Assembly (NCBI GenBank): GCA_976551045.1
Contig: CDPCPM010000033.1
Coordinates: forward strand, 26,040,001-26,104,000
DNA from: Glaucostegus cemiculus
Taxonomy: Eukaryota
Direction: 5' to 3'
DNA: 64,000 bases
Below are positions 38,931 to 51,108 of the stretch, piece after piece (position 1 is the stretch's first letter; the number at the start of each line of letters is the position of its first letter). Below the pieces are notes generated by a model. It did not search any database. It was not told the DNA's origin and was given only the letters and a program-made list of their open reading frames with translations. The position numbers were made by a program, and so were the translations under genes.

Positions 38931-41813
38931 TGGACTAGCACGGTCTGCCAAGCGATGCTACTTCGCTTTTTTATTACCTCATTTGTATCAGATATTCTCC
39001 TGCTATGAGACTGCCACAGTATTTATCCATCACTCATTTTCTATCCACCACATTGCTTTTCTGTGTTTATTTAAGGGTCCACACATCAGCCATCCCTTTC
39101 AATAAGATCCTAGCATAAAACAGAATGCAAATAGAGGAACAATTGCTTGAAATAGGTGCTTTTGAAGGTAAGACATGCAAAGTCAGTCTTCAGCAAACCC
39201 TTCTTAATGTGAATTTTAAAGACTAGTGTTCTATACAGTCCACTTTGGTGGTATTCTGTCTGTAACTGGTCTTACTGCCCAGAACCTCAGCTATGTACTT
39301 TTCGGTAATGAACAAACTGCATTCAACATCATTGATATGTATTTATTATTTTAAGTCAATATCAAAAAGATTTTTCTATCACTTATTTATCCTTGTCTTA
39401 ATGTATTTATGTGAAATTTATAGAGCTTATACAATCTGACTTTGACCTGTTTGATCCATGTCTGTTACAATCATATTTCTCCTCTTTAGTAAACCTGGGT
39501 TTAAACTAGATGAGAGGATAGTTTTTTGAGCAGTTGTATCAGTGGCTGGTGTTTGTAGATTATGTAAGGATTATCTCTGAAAGCAAATTGTAAGTTATGA
39601 CTGTAGTAAATCAGAGAAAATGTGACACTACAGAATAGACAACACATTTCTATAAGAATACTTTATTTCAACTGTCTGGTACTATTTCAACAGATATTTA
39701 GAATAAAACGGTGTTCTTTGAACAAACATGTAGCCTTCATTTATGAATGCACCACACCAGCTGTATGCCTCGCCATCTTGTCTCCGCGCTTCTCATTAAT
39801 ACACCACTACAGTCAAAGGTTGGGAACTGAGCTGTTTGTGCCGAGCTGCTTTCTGTGTTAAAAATAATTTGCAAAACAATATTTGCACAGTGAAATTTGC
39901 AAATGTGACATCATGTGACAAGTATGACTTTTTAAAATCTAGAAATGTAACGTTTATACATTCAAAAGAAATGTTAAGAGAAGGGTACACAAAATCACAA
40001 GGTGGAAACAGAAAGAATGAAGGGGAAGAAAGAAATTGTGGCAAAACAGCAGGATGTAACTAAGGAGGGGAATAATATCAGATATTAGTCATCTTAATGA
40101 ATCCTGTCTATTACTCCTTGTTTTACTTTTCCTAAATATTAGAAATTCATGCCATATTAAATGTTTCCATTGATATAACTTTAAGCATAAAAGTTAATTT
40201 AGAAAATAACGATGCAAATCAAAGATAGTCCGCATTTTCCCAGCTAGCTGTAATTAATGCAAAGAATATTACTGTGTTCGGGAGACGACAGTACTTCGCT
40301 GCTTCATCCGATGTTGCCGGGGTCAATTGGCCCAGTGCAGCGCAGGGCGGTGAGCGCCTGCGGGAGCCGAGGCAGCTTCAGGGCGCTGGCTGCCGTCTCC
40401 TTGCACACCAGTCACCCGCAAACCCGACCCCCGCACCGCCATTTTGTTGATAAGCAGAGCAGGGCCGTTGATATCCCTCCAGCAACAAAGACATCTTCCC
40501 ATGCAGTAAAAGAAAGTGCATGTCTGTGTTTTAAGTGGTAAGCAAACAGTTTACGTTCCAAGGGCGCACAGATTTGAAACCGTCAGCGCTTTGGGGAAGA
40601 CAGCAATCTAACTACCTTTCGTTGAGTATTGTTACATCAGAAAAGCAGCATAACATTTCAATTCTGTTTTAATTTAATTTAATTAAGCTCCTTTAATTCC
40701 CTTCATTTAAAACTTCTAATGACAAGCTAGTGCTAGATTTGGATGCAGTGCAGATTATAACGCACAACAAACAGCTCCTTAGCGGCTTGTAGTCATCATT
40801 AACGCCAACGCTGGAAAGGAGTCCTTAAACCTTGTTTTCCTATTATACCACCCACACGACAAAACATGCCAAATGTTGCCTTTCCAACAGAAAGGAGTAA
40901 AGTCACCCACTCACTCCACAAATCTCTGAAGCCAACACAAATCCACCAGAATTACACAAAGAAATGCAATGCTGCACTTTGACTGGTTTTTGAGCTCGAA
41001 ACATTCTGTGAATGTGAGTGCGAAAAAATAACAAATATTGTGCTTACTAATTTGCCAATAATGTATTACAGAATGCGCAGCCTAGGGGTTTAAGTGGCAA
41101 ATAATTTACAAATATTGTTATAAAATGTGGGAAATTCGTAAATCGCGACAGCTGTATTCAGATAGAATTGCCGAGATGTTACTTCACAAAGATTTAAAGA
41201 AATGGCTTGTGGGTGTTTATGAAAGCAACAAATGACATATGAACGAGGAGTCATTTGTAAACAGGGCGTGCTGCTCCAGATGGGGTGAGTTGGATAGTAC
41301 TTGTTGAGACTGTACAGACACCGAATAAATTGCACAATTAAAACAAATCCTCATGGCCCAAAGGGGAAAAAGAAAGTAAAGTTGGAAATGTTTACCATGC
41401 TAGTTTATATTCATGGTAAAATCCAGAGTGTGTCTGAAAGTATTTCCCCTATTTGGCTTTGCCAGCTCCAAGTGTCCAGCGTACTGCTTTGACCACAGCT
41501 TGTGTTCATTCTTCTATGAAGAAGAGTCTTGCGATGTTTGTCACAGCTCCGAAGATTAATTGATTTGTCGTTTATTACTCCACTCCATACATTTGTTAGC
41601 AGGACTCTAGACTCCAGTGTTCTTTTCTGCTCCATGATGCAGCCACCCACCAAGAGAATATTTTGTAGTCGTATATTTCTACTTTATAAAAGCGCTTCTT
41701 GACTACCCTACATTACATAATATGACCCGTAGAAGGCAGAGAAAATGTTACCTACACCTTTATATATTTTATTTCAGAATCATTGAGAAAGCCGGTCTTA
41801 CTTTCCACTCTTG

Positions 41814-41836
41814 CCATTGGTTAAGGCGATCATGTG
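41814..41836 (+). promoter_or_regulatory. HoxD2 proximal promoter CCAAT/E-box pair
   Basis: CCATTGG-N10-CATGTG about 170 bp before the ATG. Confidence 0.6.
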
Positions 41837-41999
41837 ACGAGAAAATCAGCCTCATCTCAACGTCGTGACCGTGTATTCAATAGACATAGTTTAATAATAG
41901 GACGGTCCCTTAGCATTTGCAATCAGTATATTTTATAAATATACATTTTCAAAGAAATTGTCAAATAAGCAATTCTCTACCGATTCTGCCCGAGCAGAA

Positions 42000-42345
42000 A
42001 TGAACAACGAATTTGAACGAGAGGTTGGTTTTATCAATAGTGAGCCATCGCTTGCCGAGTGCCTGACAACCTTTCCTCCTGTAAGCGAGACATTTCAAAG
42101 TTCATCAATCAAGAACTCGACGCTTTCACATTCGACACTGATTCCTCCTCCTTTTGAGCAGAGCTTCTGCAGCTTGGACCCTGGTAACACACACCAAAAT
42201 GGGAAAACCCACACTTCAAAAGGCATTGGTCGGGCCACGTTAGGGGACAAACCTCTGGAATATCCGTGGATGAGAGAAAAGAAAAACCACAAGAAAAAAA
42301 CAGCCCCTGCGCCAGGATCATTCTCGTCTTGTTCTTCCAATGAAG
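42000..42345 (+). CDS. HoxD2: Homeobox protein Hox-D2, exon 1
   Basis: [32 protein letters not shown] and EYPWMREKK. Donor G|GTCGGG at 42346 is in phase with exon 2. Confidence 0.9.
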
Positions 42346-42703
42346 GTCGGGTCAATAATATTTATTTGTATTTTTTTTTAATTTGGTGTTCAGAGGTCGT
42401 GGTTCTTTTTAAACAAAGGTCATTTCTGAAGCAGAAACAAACGTTTAATTGACTGAAAGGTGTCATAGCTACAAAATGCTCATCCCTTCCCCTAACAATA
42501 TTCAAAAGCTAAACCTCTCCTGACCTTGTGTAAGTACCAACAACTGGACTATACTGCAGACAAGCATCTGTATCATCTTTCTCTTGCTTGCCTGGGCCAT
42601 TACTTAAATGGAAACCTTCTGTGTCACGGAGACGGCCATTTTATGTTGCTGGATTATTTGGTGAAAAATTGTGATGATTTATCGAAACTTTTCTTTGTTA
42701 CAG

Positions 42704-43449
42704 AAAACGAAGAGCTTAATGAACCGGATAACGGGAGTCCTTTTGACAGCTCCAGGAGACTACGAACCACTTATACTAACACTCAGCTGCTGGAGCTTGA
42801 GAAGGAATTTCATTACAACAGATACCTTTGTAGACCACGGAGGGTAGAAATCGCAGCTCTCCTCGATTTAACAGAAAGGCAAGTCAAAGTCTGGTTTCAG
42901 AACAGACGCATGAAACACAAGAGACAAACTCGATTCAAACAAAGCCAAAACGCTGATTCAAAGCGTCATTTTGCCAACAATGTTAATCAGAGTGGATTTT
43001 CCACGAGAAGTTTTGAGACACATGTAAATAAATCTTTGAATTCAATAGACAGTGAAAACATTACAAAGCAAGATATTTGTGGTCTTATACATAAAGATAC
43101 ATTGAGCGATATCAGCAGTGACTTGCTCAGTGTTGTTGGCACTTCTCTGGTCTCCACTGAGGGAGCCCAGAGCCATACTTTCCATCAGAGTTCAGATGAA
43201 ACAGACTGTCTGTTACCTATGCTGAAGAACTGCTCGGCTGGAACAAGCCCCAGCAGTCCGGAGAGTTTCAGTATCCCATCTCTGGAGGATTTAGACAAAA
43301 TTACAATCGAACCCCGTTTAGATCTGATAGAAGAATTACCTCAAATGTCTTTGTTGGAAAACGAAGGCACACTAGTTATTCCGTCTAATGTTTTTGACTT
43401 TTTAAGTGACAGTTTTAGTTCCAATGATTTGCAGCAGCTGCAGTTTTAG
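42704..43449 (+). CDS. HoxD2: Homeobox protein Hox-D2, exon 2
   Basis: Acceptor TTTGTTACAG|. Contains [60 protein letters not shown] and ends DLQQLQF. Spliced CDS is 1092 nt. Confidence 0.93.
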
Positions 43450-46400
43450 TTCGAATTCCAGCTTATGCATACACACTCTGCTGAGATACTTTAATAAGTG
43501 TTATTTCCAGTAACTACGAACTAAAAGTCGTGCCATTTATTACAAGCCTCTTAGTTCAACACATAATCAACTACGGACTTTCAGCTCAAACCTGCATTAT
43601 ACCATAAATGAAAAAAAATGAGTTCAGAACAAATTTAATGAAGTGCAAGAAATAAAATTATTTTCAATATTTTATTTTGAATATAAATATTTCAAATATT
43701 GCAGATTTTCCAAAACTAATTACATGTTCTTAAATAACAAATTATATATTGCTTTGTGTAAAAAAAGTATCAACATAAAAATATGCAAGCAAAAATAAAG
43801 TATTGCATTTAAAAATGTCTATTCTGACACTACTGATCACTTTCAGCCCAGTAGATGATCTGCGTCAGTCCAAAATCCAAATCAGCGGTATTCCTGGAAA
43901 ATAACAAGAAAAAATATTCAACAGCTAGTAAACCACAATAATAATAATTGTATTCTGGCTCAAACAAACTTCACTGCTTATGTTAAAAATACTGTTGCTT
44001 ATAACAGAACAATTGGTTGCGATAGAAAAAAGGCATTAATTATAAATTGTGGATCTATTTTTCCCTTACTAACCTTACCGTAGTGTTTAAAAAATCTGGT
44101 TTTAGGAATAACTACAGGATTGATTTTTTTCAAGCTGCATTATGAATCTTTATTCATAATTAAACATCAAGGCTACTTCTGACGTTTAATGTCCAAAACA
44201 GCTGGAAAGGTCCTGATCATCCGCACCATACAATTTATAATTATCAGGATAATCTGTTATTACAGTGTGGTTCGTAAAGAAAACTCTTAGCAATCCCAAG
44301 CGAACGATAAGCAAGGAAAGGCGCCATTTTGTTAGACTAACAAAATTTAGCAGCTGAATAGTCAAATACGTGGGTACTTATTTAGAAGAGATGGCAGAAA
44401 AAAAGCTCCATAAATAATTGAATTTCCAGAGTCCAAGTGGGTTATCTCTGAAGAAATGCATAACTTTTGGAAATATAAACAAGACATGAATAAATTTCTA
44501 ACGCTGAATGAGTTAGAAAACAAAAAATATATTTCAAGCAGTCATCATTTCTTTATGTTCCATAATTTTGGCTTGATTAGCACATTACAAGGTTTGTGTA
44601 CATTTCCAAATGCCGTGCATTTCTTCGTCGAAAAAAATGAATGGTAAAGTTCCAACTATAACAAGCTAAAACATTTCTCTGTAATAAGTGACTGTTGATA
44701 AGATCGGCCCTGCAGAGCAATTGCCAAAACCTTGTTCTAAAAATTCTGGATTTCGCAAAACTATTTCCCCAAGCCACTTATCAATTGAATTCACGACTTC
44801 ATGAAATTTATTGCGCATGCTATTGGCTGAAAATTGTGTAGAAAGGAATAAAATGCATCACAGTCTCAGCCAGAAGTTCACGAGTTATTTCGAAGATGCA
44901 AAACATTTTCCTGTTTCTGAAGGTGAACACGTGCTTTATAAAACGTTTACCTTACGCGACCAGCAGACAAAGAATAACACTCTACTTAGAAAATAATGCA
45001 GTTTTTAAATCCTTAACACGCCCACACACATTTTTGTTGGTAACCAATGCTGACTGTGCCAGTATTGCGCTTTGAAACACCCACAATGCACATTTGTAAT
45101 GCCCAATAAATATTTATTTTTCAAAAATCTTTTTATGTCTTTTTTACTAGAGGAAACGCCGTTCTGTGAACAGTCCAGTCATAGGTGTCTGGTTTTTTTT
45201 AAATCACGCAGCATCATGCTTTTCGTTGCTTAAACGCTTGAGGAATGGTCAGTATGTCGTTCCACATTGCAGGATCAAATGTCACTATATTAAAGTAGCA
45301 TTTTTTTATTTTAAATTTGTTATTTACGTGAAGGCCAAAATTCTACCTTAATTATTGCTTATTTGGTACCGTTATAAACAATAAATTCAAAATAAATTAT
45401 TAATCCTCTGCAAATAATCTCTTATTTCACTTTTGAATATTATCTCAAAAATAGTAAAACTTTTCAGTATACTTAATTGTAATGTGTTTTTCCATCTGCA
45501 TTAAATGCTGATGAAATTAGCAATAAACTCACTTAATTTTTTCTCCAACTCAAAATGTTGTGCTTTCCTTCCACTACAGTAAGGTCATCCTGTCCAGCTC
45601 ATTTACAGTAACAAGTGACTCTTTAACCCGGCATATGTTATGAAGATTTTACTACTTTAGTTAGTAGAAAACAATAAATGTTACCCAAATGTATTAAACT
45701 CCCACTCCGAATAAAAGGCGTGAGTTCATTGTTTACTGTTCTTGGTAATAAACAGCAGCTCTCCAGGAACCCTTGAGCAAATGGTCATGTGACAGCTAAA
45801 TCAGTCATCATATTTCATGTTTATATTGACAACTAGCTGGTATATTTACAACCACTATTTCCGTTTATTTTACAAACGTGAAGGCTGTAAAAGCGCAATT
45901 GTAAATGAAAAGGAAGGCTAATTTTGGAATTTGAAACAACATACTAGCAAATAAGGAGTTCTGTTGAAAGACTTGCACCTAACTCTGGATGCATGGCTGT
46001 CAGTGGGGCATTGTTAAGAGTTCATCAATCATGAAATCTGCACTTTTCCCTCGACAGCAGTTCCTCCTACTTTAAAGCAAGCCAAGGCCAGCTGGGATCC
46101 CTCCAGCAACCGCTGCCAAAGCGGACAAATGCGAAAACGAATAACACACCAGTCTAATCACACCACAGACGAAACCTTCTGTACGGCCAGCCTTCGACAA
46201 ATCTGGATCCCTCGTTACTGCTCGTTAAAGAGGGTAAAACGTTTCAAGGACATCAAAAATTCTGGCATGGTTGTGAAAGCTATGTGTGCTTAAATTATTT
46301 TCATGTATGACTGCTTTTGTGGTATTGGGTCATTTGCATTAACCTTTTAAAAAGTGGCACTAATAGATGTAGGTTCAAGGAATCCCTAAAGTATAAGACA

Positions 46401-49400
46401 CACTATATTTTATTTACAACCTTCCGTTTTCTCTTGTCGATTCACAGTACAGTTAATGAAAAACTAATATAATTGCTATTTCTCTCGGAGAAGTACAATG
46501 ACTAGAAGAGAACCGAGACTTCTGTTTTTGATGTTTAATTAAATAACGCAACTTAGGAAGGTAGGATCGCCAATTTCAATCGCCTTAAAAATAAAAACAT
46601 AACTATTTCAGGGACAAGATTGGGATTTCTGAAAAGAAGCTGCAAAACGCCAAAACTGAATGCTTACATTTCCAGGCTGATCCTTTCATCTCCAGGAGCC
46701 TGTCGCCTCGCCCCCCACCCCCACCCACCCACCCACAACTCCGCCCCACATGGTTACAGTGTTAAAATGGAAGCTAGCCTCGTATGTATCGAGCTTTTTA
46801 TTGGAAAGCGTGGGAAAATTGCTGACATAGTTATTTTATCATAAAAGCCCATTATCAACTGAGTAAGTAATGTGTACCTGGAGAACTTTTATCTCCAAAT
46901 CGTTAGCCAAGTACTGAGAAGCCACATCCTCTGCGTCAGACGCTTAGCTGTCTAGCATCTAGTGAATCGATATGCTTAACTGCCGTGAATATGAAAAAAG
47001 GGCGCCATTCTTTAAATCTATATGTACACTTCGATTTGGGACTCGTTCAACACAATGTAGTAGTGTGAGCATAATCTGTAATAAAATAAGCGTGTCCTCC
47101 GCTTCTGATGTGTCACACAACACCATCTTCAGTCATTTTCGCCTAATACTACCCGAATCAAATGATCTGTTTTCAGATTTATTGCAACTAGTTACAGGAG
47201 AGTTTCCAGAGAGGTTGATAGTATTTCAAACAGGAATAGTTCCGTGTTTATAGAAGTAACCAAGCACGTGGGTCTGTTCCAGCCAATTCATTAAAAATGA
47301 AATTGTGATTAAACTAAATAAATATTCAAAGGGCTGCCTGTTTATTCAAATAATCAATCAAAACTGTAAGGCAGGCTTGCGTGCAGCGGTCAAAACAAAG
47401 CAACATCACAAAACTTCCAAAATTATTTGGATATGGAACACATACATTTTCGAAGAATCTTTGGAAATTGGAGTTTACTTTTTGTATTTGTAAATCACAC
47501 TTAATAAAATGTAATGGTCATCCGTAAAATAAACGATTGGGAAATGTATCATGTTAAGTTATGCAAATAAGTGTTTCGAAATGATCGTCATGATATCATT
47601 GAATGTTAAACATACAGATGTGTACCATGACATAAATGACTAGGCATTTGCTCTGGATCCCCATTTTTCACAGCTCAGTAAATGCCCATCGTCGCATTTC
47701 AAAGAACAATCTAAATATATCAATATTAAAAAAAATGATTGTGCTTGCATCTGAGTAACAACAAAAGGGAAACCGTGCATTTTTAATATATCATTTAAAT
47801 AAGAAACAGCATGTTAATTTAGTTGCTATATTTTAACTGGGATTATGTTTCAAAAGTATTTTTTGGCGTTTTGGGGCGTGCTGAATGGGACGCGAAAGGC
47901 GCTGTATTAATGCAAATCGCTAATATGCTGTTATTACGGTTTTTTTGAAATTTTAGAATTCTGTGTATGTCCTTCACAAAAAACGGGAAAAAGCATATTA
48001 GCAAAAGACAAATGTGAAGTGAATGAGAATGCGCATATGCTGAATTGTGTATGCAGGAATTTAGCCATTTGCAAATCCCGTGGTAACTGTACGCTTTCAA
48101 AGCCCTCAAACTCACTTACTTCTGAATTATGCATAACAGTTTTTTTGATCTGGCCACAACATGGACGGGAAAAGCTTTTCCACGACGAAGCTTTTACTCA
48201 AACCGCAGAATAACAACATAAACTCAAACCCTCACCAAGATCCAGCTGCAAGGGGGCACGAGTGCAGAAGGTAAAGAACAAGCTCGAATTGCCGCCTTTA
48301 AAAATTAAGGCAGAGGGATTAGAATTCACTTGAGGATTGGATGGATGGACAGACATAAGGGGGAAAAGCACAAATATAGAGACAAGCAGACATACTATGC
48401 TGTCAACAGTCATTTTAAATTCAGAACACTTCATACGGTCATATTGCAGTCCTTTTATACTACTAAAGAATTTTCCTTCATATAGCTGTAATCCTAGGCC
48501 ATAACACAAACAGGCAAAAAACAGTGCCAACAAGCTATTGAAATGAATTAGAACGCATACTGCCCCTGGCGCTTAAAAAGAAAAAGTCTATCTGCATTGT
48601 ACATGCATTGCTCGAGAATGTTTTGACAGGCGAGTGGCTTCCACTCAGCCTTTTTTTACCACGGAGATATACCAGGACAGAATGATACGATTGAATTAAA
48701 ATATTAATTTGTAGTATCGATTTCTCCTACCGAATTTAATTACTCTATTAGACAGTTCGGGTTTTTTTTGTTAAAAAAAACTTTTATCCTAATTGAAAAT
48801 GACATGTTTAAATTCATATTTACCTTGATTTGGATATTTTTTTACGGTATGTCACAAAACCCTAACATACAGCAGGGTTCTAAGAGGACTCAGGTTAGCC
48901 ATATCTGAAACTGGTCAGTCAAATAACCAAGCCAGTAGCAGCGAAGGAAAGTCCTAATTTTTATTTCAGACTGTTACTTTACATTGTTAACATTTGGAAG
49001 TCCGCGATTCGCGGGATTATCAGGCGTAATTTGAGAGTTTTTTTAAACAACTCGACCTTTTAACCATTCCCAAAAAGAATTTAACAGACCTGACTACGGC
49101 ATTAGTTGGTAATGCTGTGAGGAAAATGCGCCTACCAGAGAGTAGGCTTTAAATTATATATTAAAAAAGTATTTGCTTGCGATGAACTGCAGATTGTACA
49201 CCGAGTTGCAGAACGGAACCCTTCCTGAACTCCTGAAACCATTTAATCGGCCTCTTGGGCGGATTCTGTCATTCTCCCTTCATTTCTGATTTGTTGGTGA
49301 TGTAACTATAGTAACTCATTTCGTGACTCTGCCATGATTGCACCCCTATTTGGACGATCTCCCTGTCACCGAGCAACTCCTGACAGCAGACGGAGTGCCC

Positions 49401-49655
49401 TGCACTGCATGCGCCACCACCATACTCTCATTACTCTGCGGCAGTCATGGGCGAACCCGGGTAACAGCAAGGTCCTACCTCTCAAAGGGCTTTCGGAGAA
49501 CCGACCGCTGCATGGGCTTGGCCAGCGGACGTCCCTGCGCGCTGTGCTGATGATGTGATCCTAATGGAAAATGAGTGGATTGAAGAGTCCACTCCTTTCG
49601 GTGATAAGCGAGGACCTCCGACCGCCATGGAATAGCTCTGCTTATGGTTGCTGTG

Positions 49656-49677
49656 ATTGGAGGGCTGTGGCCACATG
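49656..49677 (+). promoter_or_regulatory. HoxD1 proximal promoter CCAAT/E-box pair within a CpG-rich region
   Basis: ATTGG-N11-CACATG about 135 bp before the ATG, followed by TATATTA. Confidence 0.6.
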
Positions 49678-49809
49678 ACTTCCTTGCTCTATATTAGGAA
49701 TATTTACTTCCTCTGCGTTGCAAGTGAAGGATCTGCTATGGTGATCGGGGATAGGCAGTAATCAAGCAGCGCCAAACATTCCATTCTCCTCCAGCCCATC
49801 ATTGGAAGA

Positions 49810-50386
49810 ATGAACTCTTATTTAGAATATATTCCCAGTGCAGATATTCTGACGTTTTCGCCAAAGTTTTGTCACAGTAATTCTCCATCTGTCTCGTTGA
49901 AGCAGCGCTCCGGAGAAGGTCGGTACATAGCACTTGGACCGGAAGGTGATCCATCTCCCAGCCATCATCACCTTAATCACCTTCATCAGGCGGTACCAGC
50001 TAACCTCGAACTTTCCTATAACTCCTCTCCAACTGCAGATATTAACCTCTTACCTCAGAGTAACCACGGCTGTGACTTTGCTTATGCTGCTAACCAGGAG
50101 CTGGATGACACTGGGGGACTTATCTCATACACCACCTCTGTTTACTCAGGAGGCGCCTCTTTTCCGCTCAGTGCGCGCCGGCACGACTACAATGTCTTTG
50201 GTGAGCAGGAGCAGGAACAATACCAAAGCTATGGCAAGGAGTTCCCAAACTTTTACTCCGGGCAATATCAGAGTCTATCCCCTTCTCAGGGCGTTTACCA
50301 AAGGTCAGAGTCTCCCACAATTGAAAAGATCCTCACTGCAAATACCTTCGATTGGATGAAGGTGAAGAGAAATCCTCCCAAAACAG
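49810..50386 (+). CDS. HoxD1: Homeobox protein Hox-D1, exon 1
   Basis: MNSYLEY...DILTFSPKFC (D1-type) and TFDWMKVKRNPPKT. Donor G|GTAAGT at 50387. Confidence 0.95.
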
Positions 50387-50743
50387 GTAAGTGTAAACTC
50401 ATGTAGGTGACAATGCTCAACTTCTTCATCGAATGAATCTGCGGTCGCGTGGGTGCCCTTTGCAAGATGCATTCAAAGCAATTATTTAGTGTTAACCCCT
50501 TCTTAGGCAATCTCATTAAATCGAGACAAACTGATCGGTAAGAATGAGGTCACTGCTGTTTGATTCGGTTCGCTGTCCACGTTCATATTGATGACATCAA
50601 TGTTGTTTGAACTTCAAAACAGTGAAACACATTCTAAATGCAAATTGCACAGAAAAGAAGGTGCCAGTGCTGGAACGTGCTTACTAACTTATTTGTGCTT
50701 TCCACAAAACACTATGCCTAACTGTATTGTATGTCTTTTGTAG

Positions 50744-51108
50744 CTAAACCAACCGACCACGGAGTCGCCAGCCCTCCCAACACAGCACGTACAAATTTCA
50801 CCACCAAACAACTGACGGAACTCGAGAAGGAATTTCATTTCAATAAATACTTAACACGAGCCAGGCGTGTGGAAATAGCTAACGCCCTGCAACTCAGTGA
50901 AACCCAGGTGAAGATTTGGTTTCAGAACAGAAGAATGAAGCAAAAGAAGAGAGAGAGAGAAGGCCTCCTCGTCAGTCTAACCTGTTTAGGCAGTAGTCAG
51001 GACTCACCGTTCACAGAAACTTCTGAGAAATCCGACTCTACCTCTCCATTGCCTTCGCCACCAACAAAGACCACGTCAGAAACTCCGAACCTTGCTGAAT
51101 TGAAATAA
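50744..51108 (+). CDS. HoxD1: Homeobox protein Hox-D1, exon 2
   Basis: Acceptor TCTTTTGTAG|. Contains [63 protein letters not shown]. Spliced CDS is 942 nt. Confidence 0.96.

Noticed and set aside
40611-40617. miR-196 seed-like ACTACCT
   Set aside because: A single 7-mer beyond the likely HoxD3 polyA signal (AATAAA at 39702), so probably not in a UTR.
42526-42703. 59 open codons upstream of HoxD2 exon 2
   Set aside because: Intronic with a TTG start and no Hox2 similarity. A good in-phase acceptor exists at 42703.
48246-48259. CTCF-like CTGCAAGGGGGCAC between HoxD2 and HoxD1
   Set aside because: Only a partial match with no positional precedent I can cite. It needs a PWM score or ChIP data.
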